From positions 1-55,222 of the forward strand of contig DQOF01000046.1 in assembly GCA_015658775.1 (NCBI GenBank): a DNA stretch of 55,222 bases, in the 5' to 3' direction. Position numbers and translations under genes: made by a program. Under the pieces are notes generated by a model, which saw nothing but the letters and a program-made list of their open reading frames with translations, was not told where the DNA came from and searched no databases. The DNA comes from Acidimicrobiia bacterium. Its GTDB lineage: Bacteria; Actinomycetota; Acidimicrobiia; Acidimicrobiales; MedAcidi-G1. Positions 47,922-55,222 of the stretch are shown here, one piece after another (within the stretch, counting starts at the first letter, position 1; every line of letters starts with the position of its first letter).

Positions 47922-48974
47922 CTAGGCGGCTCCGACGGTCACCAGGTAGGCGAGGCCGTCGGTGGCCAGGCGGTAGGGCCCGTCGGCCTCCGGTACCACG
48001 GCGGCCTCCCCGGGGCCGATTACCAGGTCGTCGCCCACAGTCGTCGACCCTGCCATCCCGAGCACCAGGTCGGGTCCGATGCGGTCCTCGACGTCGATCC
48101 CGGTGTCGGTCAGGCGCCAGACGCCGAAGTCGTCGCCGGGAACGTCGTACCGGTGGACGTCGCTGGTCGCCCGCTGAACCGGGGGCGCCCCTGCTGTCGG
48201 GTCGAGTGCCTCCACCAGGGCCGGCACGTCCACCCGTTTGGCCGTCAGGCCGCCGCGCAGCACGTTGTCGCCTGGGGGCATGACCTCCACGGCGAGGCCT
48301 GACAGGTAGAGGTGGGGCACGCCGGGTCCCACGAAGACCGCCTCACCGGGCTGCAGTCGGTGGTGGCACAGCATCGGCACCACCAGCAGCGCCGGGTCGC
48401 CGGGGTGGAGGTCGGCCAGGCGGGCGACCAGTTCCGCCGTGTCGGCCCAGCGGCCCTCCACGCCCGGTCGGCAACGGTCGACGAGGGCGGCGACGGCTTC
48501 GCTCCAACCTCCGCGGAGGGCCTCCCCCACCAGGGTCGGCCACGCGGCCGAACCGTCCGCGGCGAGCCCCGCGGTGAGGCCGTCGGGCAGGCCCAGGGCG
48601 GTAGCCGCATCGAGGGCCTCGTCAACGGGCCGGAGACCGCACAGCACCTCGAACGGCGTGACTGCCGAGGCCAACTCGGGCTTGGCGCGGTCGTCTACGA
48701 AGACCCGCCCGGAGGAGTCCATGGCCACGCCGGCCGCCTCCTCGGCGGCGAATCCCGCCCTGGCCCCGGCGTCGTCGGGGTGGACCTGGAGTGAGAGCGG
48801 CCGGTCCACGGCCAGCACCTTCACCAGGTAGGGCAGGTCGGAGCCGGGCCCATCACCGGAGCCGAACCACAACTCGGCCTCGGGACGACCGGAGGGCTCA
48901 ACGCCCCGCAGGTCGGAGAGGGCCGTGGCGGACCCCCAGTCGTAGTGCTTCAGCCTGCCGGCCAGACGGTCCAC
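47922..48974 (-). CDS. manA: Mannose-6-phosphate isomerase, class I
   Basis: Contains LKHYDWGS......PEAELWFG......PYLVKVLAVDRPLSLQVHPD, and later ...G.A.FV..G.PH.Y..G...E.M...DNVLR.GLT.K..DV. Confidence 0.9.
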   Translation of the reverse strand: MDRLAGRLKHYDWGSATALSDLRGVEPSGRPEAELWFGSGDGPGSDLPYLVKVLAVDRPLSLQVHPDDAGARAGFAAEEAAGVAMDSSGRVFVDDRAKPELASAVTPFEVLCGLRPVDEALDAATALGLPDGLTAGLAADGSAAWPTLVGEALRGGWSEAVAALVDRCRPGVEGRWADTAELVARLADLHPGDPALLVVPMLCHHRLQPGEAVFVGPGVPHLYLSGLAVEVMPPGDNVLRGGLTAKRVDVPALVEALDPTAGAPPVQRATSDVHRYDVPGDDFGVWRLTDTGIDVEDRIGPDLVLGMAGSTTVGDDLVIGPGEAAVVPEADGPYRLATDGLAYLVTVGAA

Positions 48975-49005
48975 GATGTGTGCTCGGGCGGGTCAGGCCC
49001 CGGTG

Positions 49006-49284
49006 TCAGGCCCCACTGTCGGGGGCGGACCTGTCCGGGGTGGACGCGTCCGGCTGGAACGTGGGCTCTATGCCCTCGGCGGCGGCGAGGGCCACGAGAC
49101 GCTCGTGCTCGGCCTCGTCGACGGTCTCGGCCTCGTCGACGAGCATGACCGGGATGCCGTCGGTCACCGTGTAGCGGCGACGCAGGCGGGGGTTGTACAG
49201 GGAGTCCTCGGCCTCGAAGTAGAGCAGCGGGCCCTTGTCGTCGGGGCAGGCCAGGATGTCGAGGAGCATGGGGTCGAGTGCCAT
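49006..49284 (-). CDS. Trm112-family (UPF0434/DUF343) small protein
   Basis: Contains LLDILACPDDKGPLLY......LYNP.L.R.Y.V.DGIPVMLVDEA. Confidence 0.8.
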   Translation of the reverse strand: MALDPMLLDILACPDDKGPLLYFEAEDSLYNPRLRRRYTVTDGIPVMLVDEAETVDEAEHERLVALAAAEGIEPTFQPDASTPDRSAPDSGA

Positions 49285-49294
49285 GGCGTGCAGG

Positions 49295-50650
49295 CTATTG
49301 GGTGATCAACGCCCTCACCTCGGCGACCCCGGCGGCGCAGTCGGCCCCGGTGGCAGCCTCCAGGTTCAGGCGCAGCAACGGCTCGGTGTTGGACGGACGC
49401 ACGTTGAACCACCAGCCGCCCATGTCCACGGTGAGGCCGTCCAGGCTGTCCTGCCTGCCCAGGTCGGCGTAGTGGTCGGCCAGCCGGTCCATGACGCCGG
49501 CCGGATCGTCGACGGTGAAGTTGAGTTCGCCCGAGGCCGCATAGCGGTCAAACGGCGCCAGCAGGTCGCTGAGCGTGCCGTCCGACGCCGAGATCGCCTC
49601 GAGCACCACGAGGGCGGCGATGATCCCCGAGTCGGCCCGGTAGTTGTCCCGGAAGTAGTAGTGGCCCGAGTGCTCGCCGGCGAAGGCCGCTGCCTCGTCG
49701 TACATCATGGCCTTGATGTACGAGTGGCCTACACGGCTCCGCACGGCCCGACCGCCGCGCTCGGCGATGACCTCGGGTACCGACCTGGAGCAGATCAGGT
49801 TGTGGATGACGGTCGCGCCGGGCTCCCTCCGCAGGATTCCGGCGGCCACCAGCGCCGTGGTCAGCGAGCCCGACACGGGTCTGGCCATCTCGTCGACCAG
49901 GAACACCCGGTCGGCGTCGCCGTCGAAGGCCAGCCCGATGTCGGCTCCGGTGGCGAGCACCCGCTCCTGCAGGTCCCGGATGTTCTCGGGCTGGATCGGG
50001 TCGGCGGGATGGTTCGGGAAGGTTCCGTCGAGTTCCGGGTAGAGGACCTCCAGGTCGAAGGGCAGGCCGTCGAACACGGCCGGCACAACCAGTCCGCCCA
50101 TGCCGTTGGCCGTGTCGGCCACGACCCGCAGCGGCCGCAGAGAGGCGACGTCCACGAAGGAGCGCACATGGTCGGCGAAGGCCCCCAGCAGGTCGACGGC
50201 CTCGACGGCACCGCCCGGGGGGTCGCCCGTGTCCGACGGGCCGTCCAGGTCGGCCAGCATCTGGGCCAGCCCGGTCTCGCGCCCGACGGGGCGGGCCGCC
50301 GACATGCAGAGCTTGATCCCGTTGTAGCCGGCCGGGTTGTGGCTGGCGGTGAACACGGCGCCCGGAATGTCCAGGTGGCCAGAGGCGAAGTAGAGCATGT
50401 CTGTCGAGACCAGCCCCAGGTCGACCACGCCGAGGCCCTCCGCGGTGACGCCTTCGGCGAAGGCCGCCGCCAGCCCGACGCCGGTGGGTCGCATGTCGCG
50501 TCCCACCGCCACACGCCCGGTGGACGGTTCGGTCCGGCGCACGAGCCGGGCGAAGGCGCCGCCGATGGACCGTGTCAGGTCGGCGTCGATCTGTCCGGGC
50601 ACCAGGCCCCTTATGTCGTAGGCCAGGAAGACCTCGGCAGGATCACCCAT
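49295..50650 (-). CDS. manB: Phosphomannomutase/phosphoglucomutase
   Basis: From ATG 50650: MGDPAEVFLAYDIRG......FTASHNPAGYNGIK (active-site Ser loop), ...LAFDGDADR (Mg site), ...GEHSGHYYF. ATG 50665 is an alternative. The listed 532-aa ORF extends into the upstream gene. Confidence 0.93.
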   Translation of the reverse strand: MGDPAEVFLAYDIRGLVPGQIDADLTRSIGGAFARLVRRTEPSTGRVAVGRDMRPTGVGLAAAFAEGVTAEGLGVVDLGLVSTDMLYFASGHLDIPGAVFTASHNPAGYNGIKLCMSAARPVGRETGLAQMLADLDGPSDTGDPPGGAVEAVDLLGAFADHVRSFVDVASLRPLRVVADTANGMGGLVVPAVFDGLPFDLEVLYPELDGTFPNHPADPIQPENIRDLQERVLATGADIGLAFDGDADRVFLVDEMARPVSGSLTTALVAAGILRREPGATVIHNLICSRSVPEVIAERGGRAVRSRVGHSYIKAMMYDEAAAFAGEHSGHYYFRDNYRADSGIIAALVVLEAISASDGTLSDLLAPFDRYAASGELNFTVDDPAGVMDRLADHYADLGRQDSLDGLTVDMGGWWFNVRPSNTEPLLRLNLEAATGADCAAGVAEVRALITQ

Positions 50651-51812
50651 CGCCCGACCATCCATCGGAGGCGTCCGGGTAGTCGCCCCGCCGGGCGGCC
50701 TGGCGCACCCTGACAAGGTCGGCAACGAGGCGTACGCCGTCGCGGAGCGCCCGAACCGTGCTGCGGTCCGAGTGTTCGACCTCGACCGGCACCTCGGCGA
50801 GGGTGAGGCGCCACCTCTCGGCAAGGTGGAACAACTCCACGTCGAAGGCGAACCCGTCCAGCTTCGAGGCCCCGAACAGTGCCCGGGCCGCATCGGCCCG
50901 GAAGGCCTTGAGGCCGCACTGGGTGTCGTGGTACTGGCCCAGAAGCAGGGCGTGGGTGGTCAGGTTGACGAGCCTACCTCCGGCCTCGCGGAGGCGCCCG
51001 GCCCGTACGAGGGTGCGGGTGCCGGTGTGCCGCCGGCTGCCGACCACCATGTCGTAGCCGTCCTCGACCAGCGCCAGCAGGTCCGCCAGCTGGGCGGGGG
51101 CGTAGGCCAGGTCGGCGTCGGTGAAGGCGATGGTCCGCCCCGAGGCGGCCTCCACGCCGGCCCGCACCGCTGCGCCCTTCCCGGTGTTCCGCCCGAGGCG
51201 TATGACCAGGTCTGCGCCTCCGGCTGCGGCGGCCCCGGCCGTCCCGTCGTCGGAGCCGTCGTCGACGACGATGATCTCCAGGTCTCCCGGGGCGCCGCCC
51301 ATGCGTGCGGCGAGTTCCGTGCGCACCCGCTGCACGTTCACGGCGATCCTGTCGGCCTCCCGGTAGGCGGGCAGAACCACGGTGAGTCGGCACGGGCCTT
51401 CGGGAACCGGCCGGTCGGCCGGCTGGTCCTGCTCGCGGCGGACGACCCGGAACAGGAGCGTGCGGTACGCCAGGCCACGCACGATCGCAGCGGCGAGCAC
51501 TGCGGCGACCTTGGCGGTCAGGATGCCCGTGTCGCCGGATCGCAGAGCCGAGAGCACGACCAGGTCGACCAGGCCGGCCACGACGACCACGGTCGCGAAC
51601 ATGGCCGGCGAGCGGATCCAACGGGCGAACGGATCGTCGCGCAGCGTGATCGCCCTGTGGAGTGGCCTGGCGACCGCAGCGGCTGCGATCAGGGCGACCG
51701 GGTCGGCGACGATGACCGGCCAGCCCCACCCCACGAGGGCGACGGCGATGCCCACGTCCACGAGCGTCGCCACCAGCCCCACGGCGGCGAACCGCCGGAG
51801 ACGCTCTCTCAC
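50643..51812 (-). CDS. Fusion protein: N-terminal GtrA-like 4-TM domain + C-terminal GT2 polyprenyl-phosphate glycosyltransferase (DPM/DPG-synthase-like)
   Basis: N-terminus: RLRRFAAVGLVATLVDVGIAVAL...RGLAYRTLLFRVV (GtrA-like pattern, about 125 aa). Then LTVVLPAYREADRI......IIVVDDGSDDGT......GRNTGKGAAVRAGV......FTDADL......GSRR......DTQCGLKAF......GFAFDVEL. GTG start forms GTGA with the upstream stop. Confidence 0.75.
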   Translation of the reverse strand: MRERLRRFAAVGLVATLVDVGIAVALVGWGWPVIVADPVALIAAAAVARPLHRAITLRDDPFARWIRSPAMFATVVVVAGLVDLVVLSALRSGDTGILTAKVAAVLAAAIVRGLAYRTLLFRVVRREQDQPADRPVPEGPCRLTVVLPAYREADRIAVNVQRVRTELAARMGGAPGDLEIIVVDDGSDDGTAGAAAAGGADLVIRLGRNTGKGAAVRAGVEAASGRTIAFTDADLAYAPAQLADLLALVEDGYDMVVGSRRHTGTRTLVRAGRLREAGGRLVNLTTHALLLGQYHDTQCGLKAFRADAARALFGASKLDGFAFDVELFHLAERWRLTLAEVPVEVEHSDRSTVRALRDGVRLVADLVRVRQAARRGDYPDASDGWSGDG

Positions 51813-54358
51813 GGGCCCTCCTCGGGGTCGTGGTCGGGGTCGGACCCAGGCTCTCCCACATCCCCATCGGGCTCGTCGGGCTCGTCAGGCCCACCCACCT
51901 CGATGGCCGCCAGCCGGTCCGCCACCCGTCGCCCCACCCAGCCGTCGACGGCCGCATCACCGTCGGGTCCGACTGAGACGAGGTCGAACCAGGCCTCGGA
52001 CCGGTCGTCGGGCCTGGGGCGCCGACTCAGCACCAGCAGCCCGATGAGCCCGACGATTGTGAGGCCGATGGAGGCCAGGTCGACCGCGGTACGGCCGTAG
52101 CCGAGGGTCACCGTCTCCTGCGTCGGCACCACCACCATCAGGTTGGGGGTGATGCGCCAGGGGCCGTCGGCGCCGTCGGCCTCCCAGTTGGGGAAGTAGG
52201 AGATGCGCACCACGACGGGCACGCCCACGCGGTCGACGCTGAACGAGATCGTGTCTACTCCCGCCTCGATGTCCGAGACCTGCACGGCTTCCAGCCCGCG
52301 GCGCTCCGGTTCCCCGCCTGCGGGCAGGCGCTGCCAGTGGGCCGGGCCGCCCACCGTCCACGGGATCGCCCCGGGGTCCTCCTGGAAGACCTCGACGGAC
52401 GGGTCCAGCCAGTTTGCGTGGTCGACGTCGCTGAACACCACCGGCTCCACGTCCAGGGGTGCGACGAGGTCTGCGTCGGCGACCAGGAAGACGGTCCAGG
52501 GACCGCTGGTGGCGACCTCGGTGAGGTCGGGGTGACCTCGCGCCTCGTCGACGGCCCGGGGGGAGGACGGCGAGTAGTACGCCACCCCGAACTGCCGGAG
52601 GTGCCCGATGCCCGCGTCCAGGTCGAACGACCGGTACGGCAGCCCCCGCTGGGCCCGCGATGGTCCGATGGACAGTTCGGACTGCATGAGGAAGTGGTAC
52701 GGCGTTGTCGTGGACGCCTCGAAGTAGAGGCCCTCCATGGAGCCCACGCAGCCTTCCGTCCAGTGGGGCAGCAGCATGAGCGCCATGGGCGTGCCGTAGC
52801 GGGTGAGGTCGCTGCCGTACTCCCAGAGCAGCCTGCCGCAGCCGTGCCGGTCGGCCACGTCGGCCATTGTGGCCACGAACGCCCGGTGTTCGTCCCAGCC
52901 GCCGCCGGTGTCGTCGCCTGTGCGGGCCTCGTAGCCGTCGAAGTTCCAGCGCACCCACGACCGCCCCAGGTTCAGTTCCTCGGTCTGGATGCCGAGCCAC
53001 GAGTAGGTGTTGCCCGACATCGTCCCGGACGGCATGACCCGCAGCGGTATGCCCAGCACCACGACCAGGCCCAGCGTCACGACCGCCGCGCCGCCACCGG
53101 TCAGCCACAGGCCGCCTGTGCCGCCGCGGGCCCGCAGGCCGTCGAGCAGGCGACCGACCAGGCGCAGCACCTCGGCGACGGCGACGGCCGCCAGCAGGTA
53201 CAGGCAGAGGTAGTAGCCGGGGAGGATGCGGCCGTTGTAGAGCCGGCCCTCGGGCAGGTACACGAAGGCGACGGCCAGGATGGCTGCAGTACCGGCCAGC
53301 ACCAGCCCCAGGCGGCGGCGGTACACCAGCGACAGCAGGGCGCCGACTGCGGCGACGATGATCACGACCTGGAGCGGCGGGTCGTTTGTCAGGAAGTCGG
53401 CTGCCAGGTTGCTCCGGTCCCAGAGGTAGGAGCGGTAGGCGGTGAGCTTGTCCCAGGCCATGTCGTTGAGGTGGTCCCGCTGCCACCAGAAGGGCAGGAC
53501 CCAGAACGCGGCGCAGAGCGCGGCCACCACTCCGGTCGTGGCCAACCAGGTGAACGCCGCCCGGCTGGGCCGCAGTACGAACGCCACGAACGAGGCGACC
53601 AGCGCGTAGAAGGCGACGAGAAGGTGGCAGAGTCCGGTGAGGGCCAGCAGCAGCGCGGCCCAGCCCCTGCCCCGCCCGGTCTCGAACCCCCGGATTAGCA
53701 GGCCCAGGTACACGAGGCAGGCCGAGACCGCCAGGGCGAAGGCGAACTCCCCGGCCATGGTCGACATGAGGTTGCCGCCCATGATGTTGAAGGCCCGGTC
53801 GAAGATGAAGGGGAGTGTCGCAGCGCCGGTCAGGGCCGGTCCCGGGAACGGCAGGTCGGCCAGTCGCCCCAGGGCCCACCCGGCGGCCGGCATGACGAGC
53901 AGGCCCGCGACGGTCACCCACTTCATGGCCAGGCCGTAGTGCACGGGCACGACCAGCACGGTGAGGGCGGCGAGTGCCCACAGCCCGGGCACCCACCCGG
54001 ACGGCCGGTTGCGGAGCAGTCGCACGGCAGCCGCCACTACCCCGGCCGCTGCGAGCACCGCCAGCGGCGCCACCAGGCCTACGTTGACGGCGACGACCAT
54101 CAGCATCGGCACGACCATGTAGAAGTGGAAGGCGGGAAAGCCCGCGTACCAGTCGGGAGTCCAGCCGGTCAGCCGGAATCTGGGCAGCAGCTCGTCGCGG
54201 ATGAACGCCGGCCCCCACACGTGGGCTCCGAGGTCGCCGCCCGTGGGGGTGGACCTGCTGAACAGCACCCCGTCGGGGTTGACGACCCAGAGCACGAACA
54301 GCGTCGAGAAGCCGACCACGGCCAGTGTCACCCAGGTGGTGAAGGGGATGCGCCTCAT
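51809..54358 (-). CDS. Large polytopic membrane protein (849 aa), GT-C-like / PTPS-related (YfhO-like) putative glycosyltransferase
   Basis: ATG at 54358 (ATGA with the upstream stop). First TM helix, then an acidic loop: TGGDLGAHVWGPAFIRDELLPRFRLTGWTPDWYAGFPAFHFYMV. About a dozen hydrophobic segments follow, then a ~330-aa soluble domain ending ...VVVRISYFPNWEADGADGPWRITPNLMVVVP..., a final TM helix and a tail DEPDEPDGDVGEPGSDPDHDPEEGP. Family assignment is from memory of Pfam PTPS_related/YfhO-type proteins and was not searched. Confidence 0.55.
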   Translation of the reverse strand: MRRIPFTTWVTLAVVGFSTLFVLWVVNPDGVLFSRSTPTGGDLGAHVWGPAFIRDELLPRFRLTGWTPDWYAGFPAFHFYMVVPMLMVVAVNVGLVAPLAVLAAAGVVAAAVRLLRNRPSGWVPGLWALAALTVLVVPVHYGLAMKWVTVAGLLVMPAAGWALGRLADLPFPGPALTGAATLPFIFDRAFNIMGGNLMSTMAGEFAFALAVSACLVYLGLLIRGFETGRGRGWAALLLALTGLCHLLVAFYALVASFVAFVLRPSRAAFTWLATTGVVAALCAAFWVLPFWWQRDHLNDMAWDKLTAYRSYLWDRSNLAADFLTNDPPLQVVIIVAAVGALLSLVYRRRLGLVLAGTAAILAVAFVYLPEGRLYNGRILPGYYLCLYLLAAVAVAEVLRLVGRLLDGLRARGGTGGLWLTGGGAAVVTLGLVVVLGIPLRVMPSGTMSGNTYSWLGIQTEELNLGRSWVRWNFDGYEARTGDDTGGGWDEHRAFVATMADVADRHGCGRLLWEYGSDLTRYGTPMALMLLPHWTEGCVGSMEGLYFEASTTTPYHFLMQSELSIGPSRAQRGLPYRSFDLDAGIGHLRQFGVAYYSPSSPRAVDEARGHPDLTEVATSGPWTVFLVADADLVAPLDVEPVVFSDVDHANWLDPSVEVFQEDPGAIPWTVGGPAHWQRLPAGGEPERRGLEAVQVSDIEAGVDTISFSVDRVGVPVVVRISYFPNWEADGADGPWRITPNLMVVVPTQETVTLGYGRTAVDLASIGLTIVGLIGLLVLSRRPRPDDRSEAWFDLVSVGPDGDAAVDGWVGRRVADRLAAIEVGGPDEPDEPDGDVGEPGSDPDHDPEEGP

Positions 54359-55065
54359 ACGACCAGCAGGACGCCGACCGTCCATGAGTTGAACCCGACG
54401 TGTGCCCACACGGCCCGGCCGAGGCGGCCGTCGCGCTGCACGAGCACCCCGGCGATGAGGCCGAACATGACCAGCGCCGGGAACTGCAACGGTTGGAAGT
54501 GGGCGGCGCCGAACACCAGCGAAGAGGCGACGAGCGCCGTCCGGGGCTGCCAGCGGGCCTCGAGGGCCTTCAGGACGAGGCCCCTGAAGAACACCTCCTC
54601 GACGAGCGGCGAACCCGCCGCCACCACCAGGAACAGGAGCGCTATGCCGAGGCCGTCGGCCTTGTCGACGAGCTCGCGGGCCGGTCCCGAGACGTCCAGG
54701 TCGTCGACCAGCAGCAGGAGGGGAAGGTAGAGGAGGGGGACCAGCACGGCCTGGGCGCCGACGCCGATGGCCAGCCCCGACAGGGCGTCGCTTCTGCGGA
54801 ACGCCCAGCCCAGGTCCTGTGCCCAACCCACCCCGCGTGCACGCACCAGCCACAGGGGCACGCCCAGGAGGCCGGTCCAGAGCGGGACCTGCGACAGGGC
54901 GATGACTGAGAGCGGCATGTCCTCGGCGGTGCTGTAGCCACCGGCGACGAAGGCGAAGGCCATGAAGACCGTGCTGGCGACCAAGCTCAGAACCAGGCCG
55001 ACGACCACGTGCGACAGGCCCCAGGCAAGCCGATCGGCCGTCGGGGAGGGGTCGGCGGCGCTCAT
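54355..55065 (-). CDS. CPBP-family intramembrane glutamic endopeptidase (CAAX protease / Abi)
   Basis: From ATG 55065: polytopic, with motif 1 SPLVEEVFFRG and motifs FGAAHF ... WAHVGFN. The longest ORF (55191) adds an Arg/Pro-rich, noncoding-looking extension. Confidence 0.82.
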   Translation of the reverse strand: MSAADPSPTADRLAWGLSHVVVGLVLSLVASTVFMAFAFVAGGYSTAEDMPLSVIALSQVPLWTGLLGVPLWLVRARGVGWAQDLGWAFRRSDALSGLAIGVGAQAVLVPLLYLPLLLLVDDLDVSGPARELVDKADGLGIALLFLVVAAGSPLVEEVFFRGLVLKALEARWQPRTALVASSLVFGAAHFQPLQFPALVMFGLIAGVLVQRDGRLGRAVWAHVGFNSWTVGVLLVV

Positions 55066-55222
55066 CGGCCGAACCCTATCCAGACCACCGTGGGGCGTGG
55101 TTTCGGGGAACCGGCGGGGTGGCCGGGCCCCGGGGCATGACCCGGAGGCCCGACCCGTACGATGGACGCATGGCCGACCGCCGCCGACCACCTGCCACCC
55201 GCCCCGACAAGGGCGGTGCCAA

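Noticed and set aside
55162-55222. Possible divergent plus-strand gene start (ATG at 55162 or 55170) at the window edge.
   Set aside because: Only about 20 codons are visible, with no recognisable motif and no clear SD. This cannot be distinguished from noncoding sequence.

Overview
This is a visibly high-GC (not computed) actinobacterial-type chromosomal segment. Every gene I can support (about 55 CDS) lies on the minus strand. Many junctions are 1-, 4- or 8-nt start/stop overlaps (ATGA, GTGA, TTGA), and GTG/TTG starts are common. I found no rRNA, tRNA, CRISPR array, transposase or integrase.

The content is mostly core housekeeping. In order of transcription (high to low coordinates):
- CPBP protease, a giant GT-C-like membrane protein, a GtrA+GT2 fusion, manB, trm112-like, manA, and a SIS/PGI-PMI protein
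- ahcY, udk, comF, and two small membrane proteins
- pgsA, patA, pimA (phosphatidylinositol-mannoside core genes)
- a degenerate M48-like protein and a DUF3048 lipoprotein
- pdxS, pdxT, yebC, ruvCAB, queA, tgt, yajC, secDF, rel, hisS, aspS, rarA, a small membrane protein
- alaS, ruvX, mltG, aroE, a prepilin peptidase, aroK, aroB, aroQ, pepQ, efp, nusB, a GNAT
- pyrR, pyrB, pyrC, carA, carB, pyrD, pyrF, mihF, gmk, rpoZ, and the start of coaBC

I see no clear defence island, toxin-antitoxin pair or biosynthetic cluster. The least ordinary part is the translationally coupled operon at 46976..55065. It joins mannose activation to a GtrA-GT2 fusion, an 849-aa GT-C-like membrane protein and a CPBP protease, so it is a candidate extracytoplasmic glycosylation module. 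It lies near the PIM genes.

Other points worth a second look:
- a frame change at the 3' end of the prepilin peptidase gene
- an M48-family protein whose HEXXH motif is degenerate (HALVR)
- a PyrR-box-like hairpin abutting the pyrR Shine-Dalgarno
- three separate short tandem repeat arrays placed exactly at gene 5' ends (pdxT, the M48-like gene, ahcY)

All functional calls rest on my reading of the supplied translations: motif recognition and remembered family features. No database search was run. Start codons are the main coordinate uncertainty, because the ORF track reports the longest ORF and prints M for GTG/TTG.
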